64,000 bases of DNA from Eledone cirrhosa (lineage: Eukaryota), in contig OZ024749.1 of assembly GCA_964016885.1 (NCBI GenBank), forward strand, positions 28,520,001 to 28,584,000, written 5' to 3'. A program made the position numbers and the translations under genes. Below are positions 28,340 to 42,100 of the stretch, in pieces. The first letter of the stretch is position 1; every line of letters starts with the position of its first letter. The notes beneath the pieces are model-generated. The model was not told where the DNA came from, ran no database searches, and worked only from the letters and a program-made list of their open reading frames with translations.

Positions 28340-29991
28340 ATATTAATAAATGGAAAATATATTTATAAAACCATAATTATTTTATTATATATATTTCAAG
28401 GGCGACCAAGGCAAATTATGGTGCGCTTTCATCAGATAAAATACAGATTTGTTTTATAAATAAATATTGACATACCCAGAAAAAAGACAACCTCAACGGT
28501 TGAAATTCACGAATTTCAACCGTTGAGGTTGTCTTTTTTCTGGGTATGTCAATATTTATTTATAAAACAAATCTGTATTTTATCTGATGAAAGCGCACCA
28601 TAATTTGCCTTGGTCGCCCTTGAAATATATATAATAAAATAATTATGGTTTTATAAATATATTTTCCATTTATTAATATATTGTATATTTACTCCACTAC
28701 TCTGTTGAGTGCTTTATATCAGTTATAAAATGTTTTAAGCTTGTTGAATCCCAACAAATTAAATATAACCTCTGCGCATATATATACATATATATCCTTA
28801 TGTGGCTGACAGCTGAAAAAACAGAGTACACAATACCAAAGTAGAGTTTTAATATTCATTTTATCAAGGCTAAATAGTGATAAACTCCAGAGTAATAAGA
28901 CTCACTATTTAGCCTTAATAAAATGAATATATATATATATATATGTATGGGTTTTTGTTTATATACATGTATATGCGTGTATATTACATATACATATTTT
29001 ATATATTGTATAAGTGTGTTTAAGCTATAAGTATGTCGTATATACATGTGTATCAGTTGCTCCAGTAGAAAGTAACTTTTCACATATAGCTTAAACCAAT
29101 GTACCATATAGTTTGAATTTAGGTTTTCTATGTCCTCTAGATAAGTTGCATGCTAGAGATTGTCACGTCGTATTTCCACATCGTGTTTCCACATCAGAAA
29201 GCGTGTCTTATACACGAGCATACACGGTAAATGATGATGATGATATAGTTGGTTTATTTATTAATATTAATATCTTTATTATCAGAGCCTAGCTGGAGCA
29301 GGTATGTTGTTATCAACGAGGATCCTGTGTCGTGTTTGATGAGAGGGAAAGAATATACTCTTGGGCGTCCTTTTAGTTTCCGGCGTGGTTGTATCGAATA
29401 CAACTGCAACTGTAACACTGATGGTACATGGGAATGTCTTTCTGAAGATACAGAGTATATCTGCGATAGTTCTGGAAAGATGCAGACTCATCATTCTTCA
29501 GCTACTCGTCCTAAAGGTAAGTAGAATTACTCGATACATTCTTTTATTCATTTTTAAATATATATATATATATGTGTGTGTATGTGTAGTGAAAAAAAGT
29601 GTGGACGTTAGAAAATGTTCTATAGAGATCACGTTATATAAGGAAAATAGGGCGGTGGATTGGCAGTATCGGTGGAGTGTCGGACGCCATGCTTTCTAGC
29701 ATAGTTATGTCCCTTTACGATCTGAGTTCAAATCCCGCCGAGGTTGACTTTGCCTTTCATCCTTACGGGGTCGATAAAATAAAGTACCAGTAATGCACTG
29801 GGTAATTGCTGGCCTTGTGCCTAAAGTAGAAACAGTTATATAAGGAAAATGATTTTTAAAAAAGGGTTTGAAAAGCGCACTTATATATATAAAGGATCTT
29901 TATAATGTACAAAAATTTGTAACATCAATTTTTGTATGTTATAAAGATTCGCTATATATGTACCCAGTGTACCCTTATTTCAAAACCATTT

Positions 29992-30031
<40 letters not shown>

Positions 30032-30056
30032 TAATAATAATAATATATATATATAT

Positions 30057-30126
<70 letters not shown>

Positions 30127-33100
30127 TTTAAGTTATTTTGATTACCAATGAGTAGAACTGGTGGTTCTGGTAGGCAAATAATGATGTAACAAATATATAA
30201 AAGCTCTCAATGTTATGCAAGTCATCCATCGTAATGTGGTATGCACTGTTTGGTGTAGGAACGGAGTAAAGTATATATAAAACGACAACAGTAGGCCTGA
30301 CTGGAAGATATGCTTTCAAATTTTAATCCTGTAAAATCTTTATACATATTTTGATGGCCCAGCTCCATCATCCAATATGTATATATATATATTTAGTTCT
30401 TCTACTGGAACGAAATTTGTTTCATGAAAAGTTTTGATATCATGTGATTATTTCATCTCATTTTAATTTTTTTCCATTTCTCTACAGTTTTGCAGCGAGC
30501 TGTTGTGATGAGAAAAACAGCTTCCATTAACTACTGCTCAGTAAATGGCAATGAATTTGCTCTAGGAGAAGACTTTACCTTGGTACAGGGTTGCTTCTTT
30601 TACAAGTGTAAATGTCATTACAGTGGCTCGTGGGAATGTCCAGGAGAAGATGCTGACTACTTCTGTGGACGAGATAAAAAGAATAAGGAAGGTAAACTGC
30701 TTTTGTTGCTGTTCATTTTATTTATTTTTATGACAAATTTAATTTATTGGTGATATTTGTGTGGTGGAAGTGTTGTAATGGAAGTGTTGGTGTCGTGTTG
30801 TGGAGGAACTGTTGATGAGGAAGTGTGGATGATGGAAGTGTTGTGGGAAGTGTTGTGGTGGAAGTGTTGATGATGGAAGTGTTATGGTGGAAGTGTTGTG
30901 GTGGAAATGTTGTGGAGGAAGTGTGGATGATGGAAGTGTTGTGGTGGAAGTGTTGTGGTGGAAATGTTGTGGAGAAAGTGTTGATGATGAAAGGGTTATG
31001 GTGGAACTGTTGTGGTGGAAGTGTTGTAATGAAAGTGTTGATGATAGAAATGTTGTAATGGAAGTGTTGATGATGGAAGATTTGATGGAGGAAGTGTTGA
31101 TGTTGGAAGTGTTGTGATGGAACTGTTATAATGGAATGATTTTCAAGTAATTTTGAAAATAATCAAGAAGCTTGAGGGATTTAATAATATAACTTTCTTA
31201 TTATTTAGCTGGTGTTTGGAATATAACTTAACATAGGTTCTTGCATAAAATGATGATGAGTGGTTTCTAGATAAATATAAACACTTTAACACTTTCTTTA
31301 CCATATTTCTAATAAAAGACGTTGTTCAAATGATTTCGAAAATAAAGCTGGTGTTTAGAACATAATTTAACAAAGGTTCTTACATAAAATTAAGATGGAT
31401 GGTTTTTAGATGAATATAAATATTTTAAATACACTGTTTTGTATCATGGAACCAGAGGTGTTTGGAACATAACTAAACAAAGGTTCTTACATAAAATTAA
31501 GATGGAAGGTTTTTAGATAAATATAAATATATTAAATACACTGTTTTGTATCTTAGAACCAGAGGTGTTTGGAACATAACTTAACATCTTAAATATACAG
31601 TTTTGTATCACAGAACCGGATGTATTTTCAGGCAGTTTGATTACAAAATATTTAACTTTTTTTTTAAAACTGAAAAGTCCATTTGTTTAGAAAGCAATGC
31701 AAGTGGGTTAGATTATCAACGAAATAATCTGAAGGAACTTGAGAGAGAAAGCAAAATAAAAGAGATGTGTGATTGAATGTCACCTAAGTAATATTACCCA
31801 AATCTTTCTGATTAACTATCCATTATCAAGGGGTGAGAGTGGGGGTGGGTTCAGAGAAAAAAACTGAGATTTTTCTTCCTCATGGCTGTTTACATTTTTT
31901 CTTCCTCGTGGTCATTTACATTTTTTCTTTTTGAGTTCATTATTTAAGTTTTTTGTTTTGTTTTATTTTACTTTTTTTAAACAGCATCAACTATAAATTG
32001 GTACCTGGTTCTCAGTGATGATGTGAGGGAATGTAAAGTTAAAGGATATAGTTATTCACTTGGTCAACCTTTTAGTTTCCATGTGGGTTGCTTTAGATTC
32101 AACTGTTTCTGTAACACAGATGGGTCTTGGGATTGTATAGACGAAGGAACTGAATATTTATGTGACCGCTATGGACATAAAAGGCAACAACTGAAACATC
32201 CAAGAAGAGAGAAACAAGGTGAGATTTCAAATATATAAACACAGGCGGTGGCATGTGTGTATATATGTGTGTATGTGTGTGCATGTTTGTTAGTGTATAT
32301 CTGTGTATGTGTGCACATATATGTGTGTAAGTGTGTGTGTGTGTGTGTGTTTGTCTATGCAGGTGTCTGTGTGTACATGTATGTATATGTGTGTATGTGT
32401 GTGTGTGCGACATTTCAAAGCAATTAAGCAGCAACATTTCGATGTGCATGTCATCAATACAGTGACTGCATAACTGTTCTCCTGCTCAGCTTAGAAGGAG
32501 TGCTGCTTCTTACAAAAGCCAACAATTTGAGTCACCTCTCCTTTTCTCTCCAGTTTTCCAGCGGAGTGTTGTGATAAGAACAACAGATTCTATTAAATAC
32601 TGCTCTGTAAATGGTGAGGAATTTACTCTGGGAGAAGACTTCAGTTTCACCGACGGCTGCTTCCGTTACCAATGTGAATGTCATCACAATGGCTCATGGG
32701 AGTGTCCTGGAGAAGACACTGAATACATCTGTGGACAACAGACAACACAATATAGAAAGAAAGGTAAGCTGCTTTTGCTGTTGTTCATTTGATATTTTTG
32801 TTTGTTTTGTTTTTCAAGATTTCTATATTTCCTGCAAGACACAAAACTACATTTCAAATTAGATGACTATTTGAATTGGGGCACAAAGCAAAATGGATCA
32901 CAAACTAAAATAGGTCATGATTTAACTTAGGTTAAGATTTAACTTGAGTCATGATTTAACTTGAGTCATGATTTAACTTGGGTCACCATTTAATTTGGGT
33001 TGCCATTTAACTTGAGTCACGATTTAACTTGGGTCATGATTTGAGATGCTTGATAAAATGATATTTTTATGTTATAGAATAAAACTTGAGGAGGTATTAG

Positions 33101-36100
33101 AGCCACAACACAACATTTACAGCAAACATAAACTGAAAAAAAGCAGGAAATGTTCATAAAATTAAGTTGTGATTTCATTCCTTGGACCAAGTGACATGTA
33201 TCTTTCAGTATGGCACTTTGTTTCACATTGCTCCAGTTCACGCAGCTAAAAACGAAAAGGATATCAGAAAAAGATGGGATTTAATTTTGTGAGAGACTAG
33301 CATCTCATCTAGGAGGTTGTCTTGTACTCATGTCACCTGATGCCTATCAAAACCAGGATTAGATATGGCATGGTTATCCTCAAGACTCAAGAAAGACTAA
33401 TTACTTTTCTTCATGAACTATTGTAAAGGAGGGGTTGGTCTTTAATCTTATAAAATTGCTTTCCTAGTTAGTTATGTTGCAAATTTTCAATACTGTTTAT
33501 TAAGACCATGTCAATTGATTTTTCTCGCCGAAGGGTCAAGCCGGAGCACATATGTTATAGTCACTGATGATCCAGTGTCTTGTATGGTGAGAGGAACGAA
33601 GTATGTGCTTGGACAACCTTTCAGCTTCCAAAATGGTTGTTTCAAATACAACTGTGACTGTAACACTGATGGATCATGGGAATGTCTTTCAGAAAACACG
33701 GAATATATCTGTGATAGTTCTGGAAATCGCAGACCTGCATCAGGTAAATTAAGATATTGTTAAATCTCACGTATTTTTCCATAATTTGTTTTGAATGGCT
33801 TAAAGAGAATATATTTTTTAAAATTCAAAATGGTAGGTTATGTTTCTAACTTGCAGAGCCCTAATACAAAGATATGCTTCAATATGCATTCATATATATA
33901 TATATATATATATGTGTATGTATTTTATATATATATAACTAGTGTGGAAGATAGACATTAAATGATGATGATGATGATGATATATATATCATAGATATAT
34001 ATATATATATATAGAAATGGCTGCAGTAAAAACCTGTTGGACCAGAGTGCTCGATACTTGGGGTAGTAGAGAGTGGTAATATGAAAGAGTCGGGACCCCG
34101 ACAGCTGAGCTATTGCCATTTCAACAGCTAGCTCTGAACTAGTTGATCTGAATTAGCCATTGAAACATTTATATAAGAGGTCGACGAGCCATTGATTACA
34201 GAGTCGGGCTAGATCGATACAGATCGAACCTTGAGCTGATCAATAGCAAAACATGCGTCACCAATCAATAAACGTAATGAAGGAAAACATTTGTCCTTGT
34301 TTTATTTTATTATATATATATATAGACCCATGCTAGCATGGAAGATGGACATTAAATGATGATGATATATATATATGCATAGACACACATACATACACAC
34401 ACATACGTATATATGTGCATACACATTGATTATTTTTTGAAACTTTTCTTTGATTACTTTCTCCTATAACTTCTGTTTCAGTTTGTCAAGAGTGTGAAAT
34501 AAACGGTCAAACATATGCAAGTGGAAGACGCTTTAGCTTTGAAGATGGCTGTTCACAATTCCACTGCCAATGTAGATGTGATGGCTCTTACCGATGCCCA
34601 GCTCATGAAACTGTTGACTTGTGTGATACTGGTTGTACAAACTGTACTGTGGATGGTATGAAATTTGCTGGTGGAATTGGTTTCAAACGTCGCATGGATT
34701 GTGAAGCTATAACCTGCTTCTGTCATTGCAATGGAACATATGTATGCTTCCCAGAACAGAGAATATCCTTACCATGTAACACAGACATTGCTCACGCAGG
34801 AACTCCAAAACCTACAATACCGATGCTATATACATTATCAGGCACATTGAAACCCATTCAGGGTCCAAACAGCCCTGTAGTTACCGGAATTTCTCAGAGT
34901 TATATCTTATCAACTCCACGTTCCTTAGGAACAGAATCTCCTCCAATACATCCAGGAATTCTTGCTTCAGGAAACCCAGCGAATGTAAATCTCTCTCAGA
35001 CTGAAATTCATTACGACATCGGAGATAAAACAAGTTCATCTATTGCTATTCAAGGAGCACGTTTAGTTCTTGGTCAAAACAAAACTGTATTGAATGTGGG
35101 AACTTCCCATGTATCTAATGGATCAGCTTACCAAAACAGATATATAATTAAAGAATCTGGAGATTGCCAAATGTGTCAAGTCTATAATAAGGTACACAGA
35201 GGTAACACACTCTTCCGTTTTGTTGAGGGTTGTTATGAGTATCTTTGTAACTGTTATTGTGATGGCAGCTGGACATGTCCTGATAACCTTAGTGTTAATA
35301 CTTGTAAGCAAAAGAAATTGACGTGTACTGTTGATGGACAAAGTTATAGGTTAAACACAACTTTTATCAAACAAATCGACTCCTGCCATGAACAGACATG
35401 CACTTGTCATTCAGATGGCAGTTACAATTGCCTTGCTGACTCTGTTGAGGATATTTGCAATCAGAAGGCATCTTGTAAAAGGTGCAATGCCCGTGGAAAA
35501 ATTGTTCAAGCGAATTCTAATTTCCATCTAAAACAAGGATGCTATAAATATAAATGTCAATGCAACTGTGATGGTAGCTGGAATTGTCCTGGAGAGACAG
35601 CAATAAATCTTTGTGAAAAGAAGAATAAATGCATCAGATGTAATGCCTATGGTACCACTGCAGCACCAAACAGTAACTTTGAATTAGAGAAAGACTGCAT
35701 AAGATATCAGTGTCGATGCAATTGTGATGGAAGTTGGGACTGCCCAGGGGAATCAGCCATCAGGATTTGCCGTACAAAATGTATCCGGTGCAATGCAAAA
35801 GGTACAATTGCAGAAGCAGATTCTGATTTCATATTGCGACAGGGTTGCATCAAATATGAATGTAGATGCAACTGTGATGGTGGTTGGAATTGCCCGGGAG
35901 AGAGAGCCATTGACACCTGCAATGTTGATGAAAGGACAGGCTGCAGATATTGTAACGTAAAAGGAGAAAAGAAAAGTGGTAATTCTCGATTTGAACTGAA
36001 AGATGGTTGCTACCGCTACCAGTGTACATGTAACTGTAATGGAGGCTGGAACTGCCCAGGTGAAACTGCAGTTAATGAGTGTGCTCCAAAATGTCAACAA

Positions 36101-39100
36101 TGTGATGTACGTGGAACTATACATGAGCCGAACACAAGATTCTCTCTTCAAGAAAATTGTTTTAAATACGATTGTCTTTGTAATTGTGATGGTAGTTGGA
36201 AATGCCCCACTGGAATTGATACGTGTAATACCGACCCAGCAACTGGTTGCCATTATTGTGATATAAGGGGAGAGAAGAAAAAGGGCCACACACGTTTTGA
36301 ATTGGAGGAGAATTGTTATAAATACCAATGTGTATGCAATTGTGATGGCAGCTGGAAATGTCCAGCAGCCACAGCTATAGATATATGTCAAAAAAATAAG
36401 ACAGTATGTATAAATTGTTTGATATCTGGGAAAACATACCAAGGTAATATTGCCTTTGTAAGGGAAGTTGATTGTTATAGATACCAATGTATGTGTAATT
36501 GTGATGGAAGTTGGAATTGTCCTGCTTATAGTGCCGAAAATATTTGTGATGGGAATGCAGGAAGTTGCCTACAATGTGATGTCAGGGGTGAAATGTATGC
36601 TGGAAACACAGATTTTGAACTTGAGGAAAATTGCTATAGATATCAATGTAAATGTAATTGTGACGGAAGTTGGAACTGTCCCGCAGATAATGCCAAATAT
36701 ATTTGTGGCAGTGAATCAATAAAAAAATGCAAACAATGTGATGCAAAAGGTAAAGTTGTTGCCGGAAACACAGAATTTAGTCATGAGGAAAATTGCTATA
36801 GATACCAATGTAAATGTAATTGTGACGGAAGTTGGAACTGTCCCGCAGATAATGCAAAATATATTTGTGACAGAGAATCAACAGGAAAATGCAAACAATG
36901 TGATGCAAAAGGTAAAATTGTTGCCGGAAACACAGAATTTAGTCATGAGGAAAATTGCTATAGATACCAATGTAAATGTAATTGTGACGGAAGTTGGAAC
37001 TGTCCCGCAGATAATGCAAAATATATTTGTGACAGAGAATCAACAGGAAAATGCAAACAATGTGATGCAAAAGGTAAAATTGTTGCCGGAAACACAGAAT
37101 TTAGTCATGAGGAAAATTGCTATAGATACCAATGTAAATGTAATTGTGACGGAAGTTGGAACTGTCCCGCAGATAATGCAAAATATATTTGTGACAGAGA
37201 ATCAACAGGAAAATGCAAACAATGTGATGCAAAAGGTAAAATTGTTGCCGGAAACACAGAATTTAGTCATGAGGAAAATTGCTATAGATACCAATGTAAA
37301 TGTAATTGTGACGGAAGTTGGAACTGTCCCGCAGATAATGCAAAATATATTTGTGGCAGAGAATCAACAGGAAAATGCAAACAATGTGATGCAAAAGGTA
37401 AAATTGTTGCTGGAAACACAGAATTTAGTCATGAAGAAAATTGCTATAGATACCAATGTAAATGTAATTGTGACGGAAGTTGGAACTGTCCCGCAGATAA
37501 TGCAAAATATATTTGTGGCAGTGAATCAACAGGAAAATGCAAACAATGTGATGCAAAAGGTAAAATTGTTGCTGGAAACACAGAATTTAGTCATGAAGAA
37601 AATTGCTATAGATATCAATGTAAATGTAATTGTGACGGAAGTTGGAACTGTCCCGCAGATAATGCAAAATATATTTGTGGTGACTCTTCAATCCTTCAAT
37701 CTGATAGATCTTGTGCTACATGTAAAGTACGCAATGAAGTATACCAAGGAAACTCGGCATTCATAATCAACAACTTTTGCTATCATCATTTGTGCCAGTG
37801 TTTCTGCAATGGAACTTGGAACTGCCCAAGTGATAAAACTATAAACCTGTGTTCATTAAGACGTCAATCTCACTGCCCTGGTAAAAGGACTAACTGCATA
37901 GTTCGTGGAGCGAAATATTCACCAGGCATTAGCTTCTATCAACAAGATAACTGTGAGAGACATTTGTGTACTTGCCAATGCAATGGAAGTATAGACTGCT
38001 TTCAAAAAACTGCTATGCCAAACTGCACTGTTTCTAAGTCAGCTCAGTGCAAGGATTGTATTAAGCAAGGTAAGTTCTATAGAGGAAACTCTATGTTCCA
38101 TTACCAATATGGCTGTTTCAAATACACGTGCTCTTGCGGTTGCGATGGCCAAATAGTGTGCCCCAGTGATAAAAAGGTTGATATTTGCGCTGCGACTATA
38201 GACATTCCAACCCAATCACCAACATGTAGGGACTGTATAGTGAACAATGAAAGGCATAAAGGAAATACAAAATTTCCATATAGACGCGATTGTATGTTAT
38301 ATCAATGTACATGTTCCTGTACCGGAAAATGGCGATGTCCTGCAAATACTGCTGTAGATACATGTAATTCTCAAATGCAGGTTACTTTAGCACCGATAAA
38401 TAATAATACCAATTGCCGAAAGTGCAATATCCAGAACCAGTCTTACATGGGAAATACCGTATTTTTCCATAATAATGACTGCTACCGTTATCGTTGTAAA
38501 TGTAGTTGTGACGGCAGTTGGGAATGTCCAACTGAGACGGCTGTTGACATATGTCATGGATTACAAGGCCAGTCAGATAGACAATGTACCAACTGCAATG
38601 TTAGAGGTCAGTTGTATAAGGGAGGTGAAGATTTTGATTTATTAGAGGCTTGCTTCAAATTCAAGTGCTCCTGTGATTGTGAGGGCAAATGGAAATGTCC
38701 ATCTCAGCAGCCTGAAAATGTGTGCACTTATGAAGAACCTTTACCTGAAAGTTGTCAGCAATGTGAAGTAAAAGGTAAAACCTATCCAGGTAACCAATGG
38801 TTCACTTATAAGCAGGGATGTCGACGTTTCCAGTGTAAGTGTCGTTGTAATGGCAACTGGCATTGTCCGAAGCACCTTACGGCTAATGTTTGCAGTGTAG
38901 CTAAAGATAAAGTGAAATCCGATGGCTCATGTAGAAGCTGTTTTGTGAGAGGAAATAAATATGCTGGAGATAGTTTCTTCTCCTTTGATCGAAATTGTTT
39001 GCGTTTCCGCTGTTCATGCAATTGCGATGGCACATGGAACTGTCTTGCCGGACCTGCCACAAATATTTGCTCAAGAAGGCGTTTAATTGGTTTCTGCAAA

Positions 39101-42100
39101 AAATGTTACCTTGGAGAAAAAACTATTGAGGGCAACTCGACTTTTGAATATGATTTCGGTTGCACTAGATATCAATGTAAGTGTTTCTGTGATGGGAAAT
39201 TTTTCTGCCCCGGAGATAGAACCCAACCAATATGTGGTGATACCTCTGTTCCAGCCACCAATGGTGTGACTACAAAACCTACAAGTGTTTGTGAAAATTG
39301 CACATTACATAATAAAACGTTTTTCGGCAATAGTAATTTCCGATATACTCTACATTGTTTTCAGTATGAATGTAACTGCGGTTGCGATGGAACTTGGTCC
39401 TGTCCCCCAGAAAGATCTATAAACATATGTGCTAAAAGTAAACTATCAGATTGCAACCAGTGTGTCATTAATGGGTATCATTATCGGGGTAACAGCCAGT
39501 TTAAACGTCAAGTTGATTGCTTTCAGTACACGTGTACATGTTACTGTAATGGGTCGTGGGTGTGCCCTGCTGAAAAGGCTCAATACACTTGTGGAAAACC
39601 ATGCCAAACCTGTTTAGTGAATGGTTATGCTTATCAGGGAGGACGCACAGCTGTCCTTCAAAAAGGATGTAAGAAAATGGAATGCTTTTGCTCGTGCAAT
39701 GGTTCCTGGTCGTGCGAAACTCTGGGTGATACATGCACCCTGTCTAGTCTGCTGGTGTCACCAGGAAGATGTGACAGTTGTTCCCTACATGGAAAGATAT
39801 ATGCTGGAAATACTTGGTTTAGTCGAATTGAAGGGTGTTTGGAATATAATTGTAAGTGCAACTGCAATGGACACTGGACTTGTGAAAGTGATAACATTAA
39901 AAACTTGTGTAGTAGTAATACTACAGCAGAAACTCCTTCATCCGCAACAGTTTTAACCAGCACTTATGATGCGCGTTATTTAGGTAAGTGCTTCCTGTAT
40001 TGCCTAATGTATTGTTATCATTATTATTGGCAGTAATCGGTAGAGTGTCGAACAACATGCTTTGCGGCATATAGTTACGACCCTTTACATTCTGAGTTTA
40101 AATTCCACCGTGGTTAACTTTGCCTTTCATCCTTATGGAGTTGATAAAATAAAGTACCAGTAATGCACTGCGGTCGATTTAATTGACTGTCCTCTCCCCC
40201 AAATTGGTGGTATTGTGTCGAAATCAGAAACCATTGTTATTGTTAGAGCAAGGTGTGGTGGATTGGTAGTATCGTTAGAGCACTAGACAAAATGTTTTGC
40301 AGCATATAGTTATGACTTTCTACATTGAGTTCAAATCCCACCAATGTTAGCTTTGCCTTTCATCTTTCTGGAATCAATAAAATAAAGTACCAGTTAAGTA
40401 CTTAGGTCGATATGATCAACTTTCTCTTTCCCCCAAATTGCTGGCCTTGTGTTAATGCTAAAAAAAATTACTATTGTTAGAGCAAAGTCTGTGGTGGAGC
40501 GGGGGCAGAATCGTTAGAGAATTGGATAAAATGCTTTGTGATATTTGTTCTGCTTCTGTACGTTTTGAGTTCAAATCCTGCCTAGGTCAACTTACCCTTT
40601 TATCCTTCCCGGCTTTGATAAAATAAAGTAATAGTCAAGATTTAGACCTTGGGGGTCCTGGAGCACTTCTAAAAAATTAGAATACACAGCAAACCAGCTA
40701 ATTTCACATATCAAAATTAGCTTGGTGCAAGTAATTGGAATTGAAAAGTTATACATACAGGTACTAAATTCAAAAATTCTAACTATCCTAAAACTAAACA
40801 GCCCAGCTGAGAGCACAAATAAATTGCTATGACCGTCCTCGGTCCCCCTCCCACCCACTGCAGGGGACCCGGGGCAATTGCCCCTTTGCCTCACATTAAA
40901 TCTGGCCCAGCCTGTATGTATCTGGTTTACAATAAATACACTGTATCCCTCTGTGTATCTGGTACACAATAGGTACACTCTATTCCTGTGTATATCTGGT
41001 TTACAACAAGTACACTGTATTCCTGTGTATGTCTGGTTTACAACAGGTACACTGTATCCCTGTGTATATCTAGTTTACAATAGGTACACTGTATCCCTGT
41101 GTATATCTAGTTTACAATAGGTACACTGTATCCCTGTGTGTATCTAGTTTACAATAGGTACACTGTATCCCTGTGTGTATCTAGTTTACAATAGGTACAC
41201 TGTATCCCTGTGTGTATCTAGTTTACAATAGGTACACTGTATCCCTGTGTATATCTAGTTTACAATAGGTACAAGGTATCCCTGTATGTATCTGGTTTAC
41301 AACAAGTACACTGTATTCCTGTGTATATCTGCTTTACAACAGGTACACTGTATCCCTGTGTATATCTAGTTTACAATAGGTACATTGTATCCCTGTGTAT
41401 ATCTAGTTTACAATAGGTACACTGTATCCCTGTGTATATCTGCTTTACAACAGGTACACTGTATCCCTGTGTATATCTAGTTTACAATAGGTACATTGTA
41501 TCCCTGTGTGTATCTAGTTTACAATAGGTACATTGTATCCCTGTGTATATCTAGTTTACAATAGGTACACTGTATCCCTGTGTGTATCTAGTTTACAATA
41601 GGTACACTGTATCCCTGTGTATATCTAGTTTACAATAGGTACATTGTATCCCTGTGTGTATCTAGTTTACAATAGGTACATTGTATCCCTGTGTATATCT
41701 AGTTTACAATAGGTACACTGTATCCCTGTGTATATCTAGTTTACAATAGGTACACTGTATCCCTGTGTGTATCTAGTTTACAATAGGTACACTGTATCCC
41801 TGTGTGTATCTAGTTTACAATAGGTACATTGTATCCCTGTGTATATCTAGTTTACAATAGGTACATTGTATCCCTGTGTATATCTAGTTTACAATAGGTA
41901 CACTGTATCCCTGTATATATCTAGTTTACAATAGGTACATTGTATCCCTGTGTATATCTAGTTTACAATAGGTACACTGTATCCCTGTGTGTATCTAGTT
42001 TACAATAGGTACACTGTATCCCTGTGTGTATCTAGTTTACAATAGGTACATTGTATCCCTGTGTATATCTAGTTTACAATAGGTACATTGTATCCCTGTG

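Noticed and set aside
25927-30141. YI-repeat ORFs
   Set aside because: Translations of (TA)n microsatellites.
36738-37766. 342-aa alternative-frame ORF
   Set aside because: A by-product of a stop-free 162-bp repeat; it ends shortly after the repeat.
34619-40036. 1805-aa ORF as a stand-alone gene or metallothionein
   Set aside because: The frame is open upstream to an acceptor at 34481 and has a consensus donor at 39984. Aromatic-rich modules with paired Cys fit disulfide domains better.
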